Below, piece after piece: positions 1 through 12,400 of a stretch of DNA of 64,000 nucleotides. How positions within the stretch are numbered: the stretch's first letter is position 1; each line of letters opens with the position of its first letter. Both the position numbers and the translations under genes were made by a program. The notes beneath the pieces were generated by a model. It was not told the origin of the DNA. It made no database searches and saw nothing but the letters and a program-made list of their open reading frames with translations. Location of the stretch: IMG/VR virus record IMGVR_UViG_3300033182_000674, positions 155,677 through 219,676 of that record; one strand, given 5' to 3'.

Positions 1-188
1 TGTAAAATATCTTTAGTTTTAGTTGGATCAAAGTCATAACGACCATTACTAAAAAAATGAGAATTGGAAACCGCAGAAGACGTGTTGATAAATATTTTTT
101 GCTTAAGTTGGTCTGCTACAAAAGCAATGTCAAACTCAGAACCAAATTGTGGTAATTCACCTATACTATCAAATAAATAATAAGTCAT
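1..188 (-). CDS. Partial CDS running off the left edge, hypothetical protein (MTYLFDSIGELPQFGSEFDIAF...)
   Basis: ATG at 188 preceded by GGTGAG, 13 nt after the stop of the upstream ORF; frame open to position 1; absent from the ORF track. Confidence 0.65.
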   Translation of the reverse strand, partial: MTYYLFDSIGELPQFGSEFDIAFVADQLKQKIFINTSSAVSNSHFFSNGRYDFDPTKTKDIL

Positions 189-201
189 TTATCTCACCAA
201 C

Positions 202-459
202 TTAAGACATAGAGCTTACTGTAATTACAATGTTATCATTCAATCCAGCTTGATATGATAAATTAACACTTGTTCCGTTTGTTGCAGTAAAATCTTCTCC
301 GTCCAATAATGATACACCATTAGCAAACACCTGAATACTTCCAGGTGAATATGCTAAGGTATTTCCATTGTTATCTATACCAGAAAAAGCTTGTTGTCCT
401 GCTGTAGCAACATAGTAATAATGATTATATTGAACAGCTCTAAGATTACTTAATCTCAT
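202..459 (-). CDS. Small virion-associated protein (85 aa), a stand-alone copy of a domain repeated in the giant fibre
   Basis: Track ORF 202..480; better start is ATG at 459 after GGAG-TAA-TT. YYYVATAGQQAFSGIDNNGNTLAYSPGSIQVFANGVSLLDGEDF matches YHYVATDGQRVFTGLDANNNSLNVTAGSIQVYLNGFNLLEGVDY in the 4627-aa protein. Confidence 0.75.
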   Translation of the reverse strand: MRLSNLRAVQYNHYYYVATAGQQAFSGIDNNGNTLAYSPGSIQVFANGVSLLDGEDFTATNGTSVNLSYQAGLNDNIVITVSSMS

Positions 460-461
460 AA

Positions 462-3400
462 TTACTCCGTTAAAATCCAACCTCTGGTATTATTATAGTA
501 TACTAATCCAACTGCTGCAGCATTTACATCAATAACTAAGTTTCCACTTAAACCATTAATCTTATTGCCTTGTGGATCAACTGTAATGTTATTAGTAAAT
601 GCATTACCCATACCATCAATAATCTTCACTTCATCACCAAATCTTGGATTAACAGGAAGATTAACCGTTACTGCAGATGTAGTATCAACAATTAACTTCT
701 GACCAATATTTGCGTTATATGTTGTAGCAGTAATTTCTTGCCATGAACCATTATTAGCTCTAGTAACATTTACAATCGATACTAAATCATTGTTATTTGC
801 TGCTTGAGTTAATGTAATGGTATCACCAGAATCAATAGTATAATCAGCACCTTTAGCTACAAAGATACCATTGATGTATACCATATGATTAGATGGGTTA
901 TAGTGTAATGTTGCACCATTATCATCTGTACCATTAAAGACAGTTTGATTAGAATCTGCAGTAAAGTCATAAGAGTAGATAACAGTATCATCTGCTACAC
1001 CACCAAACATTCCTGCAACATTCTCAACTACATATAATTCATCACCAAGATCCAATCCTGTTGTTAATGTAACTGTTGTACCAGCTGAATCGATACTCCA
1101 GTCTTCACCTTCAACAATTAAGATACCACCTGCATATACAAGAGTAGCATTTGGATTAACTGTAAATCCAGTAAATACTGTTTGATTATTTGCTGTAGCA
1201 ATTATTCTATTAAAGTTAGTTGCAGCTTCAGTAGTATTTTCTGCTACAATTTGTAGAACTTGTGCTGAATCAACAGTACCAGCACCGCCACTAACTGCAT
1301 CAACTCTAGCATTAATGTATGCTGAATCGATTAAGCTAAAGATTGCATTTGAATCAACACCTACTTCAGGAATTGTTACTAATGAATTAATGTATGCGCT
1401 ATCTACAATATCTTGTACAAAACCAGAATCTCTTACACGATCTCTAGCTTGAATATAGACAGTATCTACAATGTTAGTAACAAATGCTGAATCTCTAAAG
1501 ATATCAGTCTGACGAGATTGGATATAATCAGAATCAATTAGAGCAAAGATTGCAGCAGAATCAACACCTTGTACTAAGTTGTTAATATAAGTTGCATCAA
1601 CAATATCTGTAATGAAGCTAGAATCTCTAACTCTATCACGTGCTTGGATATAAACAGTATCAACAATGTTAGTTACAAATGCAGAGTCTCTAAAGATATC
1701 CGCTTGTCTAGTTTGAATATAATTACTATCAATAATTGATGTTACTGCAGCAGAATCAACACCTTGTACTAAGTTGTTGATATAAGCTGCATCAATAATA
1801 TTTTGATAATCAAACGGTGTTACTCTATTATCAATATAAGAAGTATCAACTACTGTATTGATAACATTAATTGTATCACCAGAATCCCATACATTTGCAC
1901 CACCAGTACCTGATAGTGCATTTGATAGTGCACTAACAATCAAGTCATCGCTTGCACTTGCAGAATCAGTTAATGTGATTGATGTAGAATCTGCTGTATA
2001 ATCAACACCTTCTAATAAGTTGAAACCATTCAAGTAAACCTGAATAGATCCAGCTGTAACATTCAATGAATTATTATTAGCATCTAAGCCAGTAAATACT
2101 CTTTGACCATCTGTTGCAACATAATGATAGTTAACATACTCACCACCAATAACCTGAGTTATATTCTTAATAGTGGTGTAAGTATTATTAGTTGTATTAT
2201 TGATTGTTACATCGCCGTTTGAATCAATATCAACTCTAGCATTAATATAAGCTGAATCAATAATACTTGTTACTGTTGCTGAATCAACTCCACCAGAGAA
2301 GTTACTATCAACCGCAATAGTTAATGCTTTAGTTACTGCATCAGTAGAAAGAATGATTCCGTTACCGGCATCAACCGCAAGAGTATCTTCACCAATTGCA
2401 ACAATATCATCTTGGCCATCAACTTGAATAGTCTTAAATCCACTACCAAGTGCTACTTTAACTTCACCATTACCTAAGTCTGAAACCTGGAATCCAGTAT
2501 AGTTATCAAACTTAATTAATGAAACATCAGAGATAGTCTTATTAATTCCATTAGCAGAATCAACTTCTTGAACTGTTAATGAAGGAGGAGTTCTATCTGC
2601 GATGTAATCTGAATCGATGATATCTTGTACAAAACCAGAATCTCTTACACGATCTCTAGCTTGAATATAAACTGTATCAACAATATTAGTTACAAATGCT
2701 GAATCTCTAAAGAAGTCAACTTGTCTTGCTTGTACATAAGCCGAATCAATAACTGTAATATAATCAAAGTCATCAGCTAATTGATTAACATAAGCACTAT
2801 CAACAATATTAGTTATGAATGCTGAATCTCTGAAGAAGTCAACTTGTCTTGCTTGTACGTAAGCACTATCAACAAGAGCAGTTACTCTAGCTTCTGTATA
2901 GTATTGATTTGAGCCTTCAGTTAAGTTATCAGTAGTAAATGGTTGTAAAGTAATACTATCACTAAATGTATTACCATCAGCAGTAGATACAGATAGTTCA
3001 CCTGTTGCATCATTATAAGTTACACCTGTTACACCTGCAACATTAACTTCACCGACACTATCAATGAAACCAGAAGCATCAATTGTTACAACTGGAATCT
3101 TACTTGCTGAGCCATAAGTACCTGGATTAACATTTGAATTTCTAGATAATCCATCTGAATACAACGTACCAACTTGAAGATCTGCAAAGTTGAATGACGC
3201 ATGACCGGTATTAATTTGAGGATCATCATCAGGCTCTGGAGTATATCCATCAAAGATTTTCCATCTGCCATCAGTAGCATCTCTAAAGATACCAGTATGA
3301 GCATATGAACCAGTATCATTGTAGTTACCAGCAAAACCAAGATCAACATAAATTGTTGGAGAATTACCTGATTCTAAATGATTCAGATAAATCATATTAT

Positions 3401-6400
3401 CATCTACTAATAAGTTAACAGAGTTAATAGTGGTTGTAGTACCATTAACTTGTAAATCACCTTCAACAACTAAACCATTGGTTGTACGTAAGCTATTAAT
3501 AACAACTGCTGCATTTGAATCAATCGCAAATTCACCATCAGCTTGATTGTATGTAATACCATTACCACCAGAAGAGAACATTCCTCTTACTGTTGAAGCT
3601 TTAACTCTTTCTGATACATAATCAGAATCAACTGTTGTAATCAATATAGGACGAGTAATAATTTCGTCGCCATCAATAGTAACCTTAGAGTTATTATCTA
3701 ATCCAATAGAAGTACCATCTAAGTATAAACTATTACCACTTAAATATAATTCACCAAATGGTTTTGCAAGACTACCAATTGTTTGTCCTGAATCAGTAGC
3801 AATAATATTGCCTGATGTAGTAATATTATTGAATTGAACATTAGAAGTAGTTGATACTGCCTGACCAATCTTAAATTGACCGGTCGCTTTAGTATAAATT
3901 ACACCAGTTCCAGCAGAGAATAGATTTCTAATAGTCTGTTTATTAACTCTATCAGTTACATATCCTGAATCAACAATAGTAGCAATATATGGCTCATCAA
4001 CTGCAGTATGGATATAATCACTATCAGCATTATATCTAATCCAAGCAAGATTAGCAGCTGATAAGATATAGTTACTATCAGCATTTTGTCTAATCCAATC
4101 TTGACCAGCTGCTGACTTAATATAATCAGAATCAGCATTTAGTCTAATCCACTCTTGGTTAGCTGCAGTCTTAATATAATCAGAATCTGCTGCTGATAAG
4201 ATATAAGATGAATCTGCGTTATATCTGATCCACTCTTGATCAGCATTGAATTTAATCCAATCAGAATCTGCTGCGGTTTTAATATAATCACTATCAGCGT
4301 TAAATCTTATCCATTCTTGATTAGCTGCAGTTTTAATATAATCAGAATCTGCTACGAATTTAATCCAATCAGAATCTGCTGCAGTCTTAATATAATCAGA
4401 ATCTGCATTTAATCTAATCCACTCTTGATCAGCATGACTTTTGATCCAAGCTGAATCGGCGATTCCTTGTACCCAATCAGAGGTAAAGATATCTTCAACA
4501 AGACTTAATCCGTTAATGAATATGCCAGAATCAGCATTTATGGTTCCAGCAACATCAACATTATAAGCTGCAGTAGTTTTACCAATTGCAATATTCTTTT
4601 GTGGTAATCTATAAACTACATAAGATGGATCTTCACGGAAAGGTGTTTCAGGCTCAAGTAATACACCATCAATATAGATCTTGCCACCGTTAAGAGCAAT
4701 ATCACCGTTATTAACTTGTAAGCGACCTTGAAGATCTAAACCTTGGAAGTTAGGAGCTGGACGGCCAACACCCATTCTAACTCCAAAGAATGGAGACTTA
4801 GTATTAGATGCGTATGAGATTCTACCAAATGGATCATAATGGAATGCAACATCATCAACCGCTGTTGTAATTTCATCTGTAACTTCTGTAAAGCTTGGAA
4901 CAGTTGAATAATCAAAGCGTGCAGTTACATAAGCAGAATCAATAAAGAATTCGTAATCAAATGGAGTAACTCTTTGGTTAACATACGCAGAGTCGAAGTA
5001 TTCTTCAGCACTATCAGGACCAATAAAGTATTCATTGGTAATATGACTAACATAAACATCACCAATAGAGTCAATACTTGGAATAATCTTATCACCAGAT
5101 AGATATAATGCACCAGTAAAGTTAATGTCACCACCAACATCCAAATCATATTGTGGTTGACTAACATGAATACCTACATTACCACCGCCAATATATCTTA
5201 AGTTATTAGTGTAATTATCATGACCGAAGAAATATTGTGGATACATTAAGTCATGAATATAATCAAAATTAGCTGCACTATGAATATAATCGCTATCAGC
5301 GTTATATCTAATCCACGCTCTATTTGTTACATCATCAAGAATGTAGTTATATAATCTCTTACCTTGTCTATAATAATCAGTTGAGTTAATATTACCATTA
5401 ACATCTAATACGTAGTTAGCGCCAGCTTCTGCTTGGTTAATAGCAACCTGGCCGCCAACAATTGCAAGAGTATTATCATTTGCAACATCATAACCTGCTG
5501 CACCGGTACCTAAGCCAATTGCCATCGCATAGTTACCAGAGGCAGTAGCATATGCACCGAGAGCGGTTGATTTAAATCCAGTTGTTGTATTATCATGACC
5601 AATTGCAACTGATTGTGCAGTAGTTGCAGTATTATCATAACCTACCGCAAAACCTCTACCTGATACAGTATTACCTGCACCATAAGCATATGATGTTAAA
5701 CCACCTGCACCATCGACTGTATTATCGTAACCAAATGCGAAACCACCATTATTGATAGTTTGATTTGTACCAAATGCATAACCACCATGATCAATAGTAA
5801 GATTATCACCAAATGCGAAGCCGCCATAGCTAATAGCATTTGATTTACCATACACAAAACCAGAAGAGGAGATGGTACTATTATTACCATAAATGGATGA
5901 ATTATCTACGCTATTAATATTAGACGATCCTACATTGTTTCGGCCAAAGACAGTAATACTACGATTACTAGTATTACCTACACCGAATATTGTAGCGCCA
6001 TAAGTGTTTGAATGGTTGTCAGAACCAACTACTAGTCTAACTTGATAGTTACCATCGTTATTAACACCAATTACTGTACCATATGAATTGTTGTTATTAT
6101 TCCAACCAAGTACACCGCCTCGACTATTGCTAGTATTATTAAAACCAATTACAGTTTCGTAACTATTGCCTCGGTTGCCGCCACCTACAATATTTGAAGA
6201 ATAGCCATCTCTGTTACCCCAACCGATAACATGAGAATAAGTTGACATATTATTGTCATGACCAATTGCATGCGAACCTTGACCAGCTGAGCTTGAAGTA
6301 CCAATTACTGTAGTACCTGTGCTTGCATAGTTATTTTTACCAATTGCAACACCGCTATTACCAGCAGTACTTCCAGAACCAACAACAACCGAACCTGATC

Positions 6401-9400
6401 CAGCAGATATTGAAGCACCAACACCTATTGCACTATTACTAGTAGTAACATCATTACCAATAGATACAGATGAATTGGTTGAATTTACTCGACGACCAAG
6501 TGATACTGATGTATTGTGAGATGTTGCTTCACGACCAATCGATACAGATGAATTACCAGATGTAGCAATTCTACCCAATGATAACGCATTGTTTCCAGCT
6601 GTTACATCATAACCTAATGAAACACCGGTACTAGTAGATGTTGCTTCATAACCAATTGCAAGTAATTCAGCCGCACTAACATCATAACCAATTGCAACAG
6701 AGTTATTAGTATTACCATGAGATACGTTATAACCAATAGATATTTGTTGATCTGCTGTGTTACTATGTGTAATATGATGACCAAGCGCTATAGATTGATC
6801 ACCCGCGTTTAGAATATCACTACCAATAGATATAGAATAATATTTAGCGCCTGACGTGCCAGCCCCAACTTCATAACCAATTGCTGTTGAGAAGGCAGAA
6901 GCTGTAGCATTATAACCAAGGGCAATAGACGAAATTTCTACTTCGGTATCATCCCAATTAGTAGTAACACCATCAACCCAACCTGCTCTTAATGCACCAC
7001 GATGGCCGATCCACATGAATCTTGAACCTTCGCCATAATCAGGAACAACACCAGGAATCATACCGCCTGGGCTATCTGCAAAATCAGTACTCTTAAGAAT
7101 AGTATTACCGCCATCAACCAATAATCTGGTTGACGAATCGATAAGATTGTCTAGTGTACCAACTACTACGGCGCCTTCAGTTTCAGTATATAAATCTAAA
7201 TTACCTGAATCATCTCTATTTCTATATTTCCAAGGTGTAGCAATTCTTTCACCAATATAGTCAGAATCAACAATATCTTCAATACGATCTTGGAAAGGTA
7301 CACCATCAAAATAAATATCACCACTTTCAAGATATAAATTACCACTATCAGTAATATTAACATTGGTGTCAATGACATTTAGTTGGTTATTAAACTCAAC
7401 AACATCATTAAAATCTACAGTATTATTGAAAGTAACAATATCATTAAAGTCAGCTTCACCCGTGAAAGTAGATGTAGCTGGAACACTTAATGTGCCATCA
7501 ATATTAACTGTATTAACAATTCTCTGAGATTTACCGCCAATATAAATTTTATCATTTGGATTAATTAAACTATTAGCATTAAGAATTTCTAAAGTTTGTG
7601 TATCAACTTTATTAACATCATTTGATGTAAGTGTAGTTTTAGTTGCACCAGTTGAATCTAATATAGTAAATTGACTAAATTGTAAATTATAATTTAACGA
7701 TCCACCAGTTACGTCATCAGGACCAGATACAATAAATTTATTGTTTGGGAATGCTCTATCAGTAATAGTCCATTTTTTATCAGTTACACTAACTGAACCT
7801 TCATTAAACCACAATCTTGGTGGATTAACTGTACCGTCATAATAGAAATCAGGACCATATTGTAAAGTTATTGGTGTCCAATTTTGATCGTGTCTAATCC
7901 ATTCAATAAACTTACCAGTTGGCTCTACTGGATTTAAGAAGAAGTTAATATAGAACCAAGGATCACCAGCAGTAATTTGATTTGCAATTGTTACAATACC
8001 GGTACTTGGATTACCAATCTGATCACTATCATATACAAATGGATTTTTTCCAGCTACATATGGAATATCACTATCAGCAAAAGTAATATTATATGTGAAA
8101 TTCGAATCAGCAACAATCAAACTTTCGAAGAAGGTAGCATCTCCACCTACAACAACACCATCTTCAAACTTACCTTTACCTATAATATGTAATCTTTCTT
8201 CAGCATGAGCAGTTCCAACACCAAGTTTCCAATCAACTTGATTAGGACCAACACCCATGAATACAGTATGACCACCAAAAGAGTCGACCGTATTGTGTTG
8301 CCAATGGTCACTATCATGAACTCTTTCCATGATATAATTACTATCAATGAAGTATGAAAAATAGTCAGAATCAATAATGTCTCGTAATGCTGATTCGTTA
8401 AGCTCAACTCTATCATTAATATATGTTGCATCAACAATTGGACTTAAGAAAATAGAATCAATATAGCTATCTAAATGACCGTGGAATTCCATATCATCGA
8501 TATAGAGTTCACCAAAATTAGCATTACCATCAACATCTAAGTTATATCTTAAATCTGGAGTTGAAGTTCCAATACCAACTGAAGTAGGAACTGCGCCTTG
8601 AGGATTAAAGAATAATGAAGTACCAGTTTGATTTCTTTGCCAGAATTCGTCTGAAGATATTCTTGCTTGTATATAAGCACTATCTGCTGTTGCTAATATA
8701 GTGTCTATGATTGTTTGTAATGTTAAGATGCTTGCTTGTGGAACTGGATCTCCTAAGTTACCAGCTGCTAATAGCGAAGCTTTACCGCCACCAGTATATG
8801 GATATGTCCAAGTAGAACCATTAACTCGCGAAGTTAATTGATCATCTGAATACAATAAGTAGTCATAACTATCAGCACCTATTTCAACATAGTATTGATT
8901 CTGATTAGGTTCAGTTGTACCAGTTGCTTCATCAATCCAAATTAAATCGCCTCTATTAAATAGACCAGCAGTAAACATTGTAATTACTGGACCAGCCGAC
9001 TCTCTAATATTAGCAATAAAATCAAAAGTTCCAGTAAATGATTGCGGTGATGGACCGCCTTCAGCTGTACCATATGGACCTTGGTATGCTCCAGCAGCAG
9101 TTAAGTCAATAGATTGTGTTAAGTTAACATTAGAATAAATTTCGAATGTTGTAGCAGTAATTACTTTAGCAAAATACCAATTACCATTTAGAACAGTTGT
9201 TCCAACTATGTTGTTGAATTTAACATATTGTCCATCAACCAATCCATGAGGATCGGCTGTTGTTATGACACCAGGATCTGTCAATGAAATTGTAGTAACT
9301 TCAACTGGTCCTGTTGAACCAATAACTCTAGCATTTAATGCAGCATCAAGTGATCCACTTAATGTATGTGCAATATAACTATCTAATGATAACTCACCGA

Positions 9401-12400
9401 GATTAGTTTGAATGAATAAATCAACACCGATCTGACCATCAGTTCTTGTAGTTAATGGAAGAACTGTTTTATTACCAGTTGGAACAATTATGCCATTATG
9501 TGAATCATCATCAGATGTAAATACAAATGATGATACTGTTGAATCATATACAAATTGACCAGTTGCCTCACCATTTTTATAAAGATTACCATTGATATTA
9601 ACGTTACCAGTAACATCTAAAATTACTGGGAATCCATCAGCAGTCTCATCGCTTGGTGTAAAGGTACCAATACCAATTAGAGTACTACTATCAGGGAATA
9701 AAATAGTATTTTGAACATCAATTACTTCTTGAGAATCTTTTGAATAACCATAAACTGTATCAAATGTATGTGGAAGTTTTCTATTTGCAACTGAGAATAC
9801 AATGTTGTTACTAGCATTATCGCTTAAAGTAACATCATTACCAAGAACAATATTTTTACTTGCTCCAGCACCTTGATTTTTTGCATCAATATGCTGATAA
9901 ATTTTAGTACCAATGAAGATATTATTATCACCAGTAGGATATAAGTCTTCACCAATCGCAATAGACTTTTCGCCAGCAACAACATTATTGGTACCTAATC
10001 CAATAGAATGATCGCCGATATATTCATTAGGATTTTTAGTTAAATCAGTCTGACCAACTCTAAATACATTATATCTTGGATTATATAAGAAATGTGCATC
10101 ATTAGTTTGTGGTGACCAGCTATTAACTTGATCAGAATCAAATATACTAGAATCAGGCTGACCAGGTAATCCACCATATGTACCATTAATGCCAAATGCA
10201 TCCCCGACTTCCAACTTTTGCCAAGGATTACCTAAATTAATACCAATATTCTTATCAAGTGTATATTCAACATAAACACCATTATCAACAAATACATTAC
10301 CAGATGATAAACCTTGTCCTGGAATATTTCTAAGAAGATCACCTTCGTAATAGATATTACCTTTTACATATAAGTGACCTTCATAGTCAGGATATTCAAC
10401 GTCAGAATCAGAACCAATACTAACGTTACCACCCACAACTGTAATTTGACGTTCAGCATCAATGGTTCTATTAGTAGCACTTAAGTTATAACCATAATGG
10501 AATAAACCATCTACAGTTAAATTTTGACCAAATGCGTAAGAGTTATCGCCATTTACTGTAGAAGAAATACCAAGTATAAATGCGTTATTAGTTGTTGATA
10601 ATGGAATATTATTATTTTGACCCATTATAAATGATGGGTTACCATTTGCAATATTACCAATACCTAAAGCAACTGATCCACCACCACCAACGGTATTGTG
10701 TTTACCAATTGCAATCGATGCATCGCCTGTTGCTGAAATTGTATTTGAATCACCAATTGCAACACCAGCATTACCTTCAACTCTATTAGTAATACCAATA
10801 CCAATTGCTCTTGTATCTGTTGCGACGTTATCTTTACCTAAGGTAATAGAATAAGAACCGCCTGCATCATTATTAGTACCAATTGCAATTGCTGATATAT
10901 CATTTTGATCTTTAATGGTGCTTCGTGTACCAATTGCAACTGAGTTAATTGCAGAAGCTTGTGCACTATCACCAATAGCGATTGTTGAAGTATTTGTTGC
11001 AAGAGTATTTCTACCCATCGCAATAGAGTATTCACCAAAGTTACTAATATTCCAATCAGCACCTTTCCAAGAACCCGCTCTAAATGCAGTTAACTCTGGA
11101 ATAAATGCAAATCTTGAAAGATCGCTGTCATCAGAATAACCAGGTAAACCTGATAAAGCAAAGATTGCTGGTGAAGTGAATGATGAAGGATTATGAACAC
11201 CTGTAGCAGCAATAGAACCAGAAAGATGTAAATTGTATTTTGGATCATTTAGACCAAGACCAACTCTACCGCCAATACCATAAGGATTAGTTGCTAATGC
11301 AACTGGATCTGGAATAAAATATGCATCATCATTATCAAGTTTAGTGAAGATACCGCCGCCAGTAAACTTAGCACCATTCTTATAAAGATCTCCAGCAAAA
11401 TTAATATTACCGTCTTTTCTTACTTCAAATAATGGTTGTATGCTATCATATGATAATACTTCAAAGATTCTACTAGAATCTTCTGCTGACATTAGAACAT
11501 CTGATAATATTCTATTAGTTTGTACTGTTGATACAATTTTTTCACCAGTAATGTCTAATCCATAGAAATCATATACTGAAAAATCACCGGTATATCTTGG
11601 TTGTGGATTAAATTGACCAACCACTTGATCAACTTGATAACCTAATTTTAAGTTGTCGGCTTCAACTGCACCAGTATTTTTATCTACATAAAAACGGTAA
11701 TAGCCTGAATCGTATAATGGTTCCCAACCAATTTGTAAACCATTTTTAACTGATCCAAGAGAAGTTCTTGAAGCAAAGATAAAGTCTCTATTTGTTGTTA
11801 CCGAATCGCCACCATATTGTGAATATAAGATACCACCATCTTCAGCACTTAATAACTCAAGATCTTGTGTTCTTACAAAACCACTATCAATAACAACATC
11901 ACCACGTTGAACGTGGATATCGATATCAGTTAAACTTACTTCAGCACCATCATACTGTAAATTAGTATCAGTTGCAAATTGACCAGTACTATCAATAAAG
12001 ATAATTGAATTTGAATCAGACGCAGTGCCAACCAATAACTTTTCGGTTCTAACTAAATTAAATGTACCTGAATCAACTAATAACGCATCAACACTAAATT
12101 TAGTATAATGACCCGAATCACCTTCTAGATATTTAATTATACCTGAATCAGCATAAACATATTTAAATACACCGCTATCAGCAGTAAGTTTTGTTTGTAC
12201 TTCAAGATCACGATCAATAACAAACTTATCATCTACTGCATAATATGTGAAATTAGCATTAGCACCATTGATAGTAATACCGGCGCCATCTGCTTCAAAT
12301 GCATTTTGAGCAGAATCTGCAAGTACAACATTTTTATCATTAATAGTTACGGTTGTAGAATTAACAATTGTTTCTACACCTTCAACTTGTAAATTACCAA

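Noticed and set aside
4002-4460. Regular 27-bp repeats as a possible CRISPR array
   Set aside because: Units are contiguous, degenerate at synonymous positions and in frame in a CDS; no unique spacers and no cas genes
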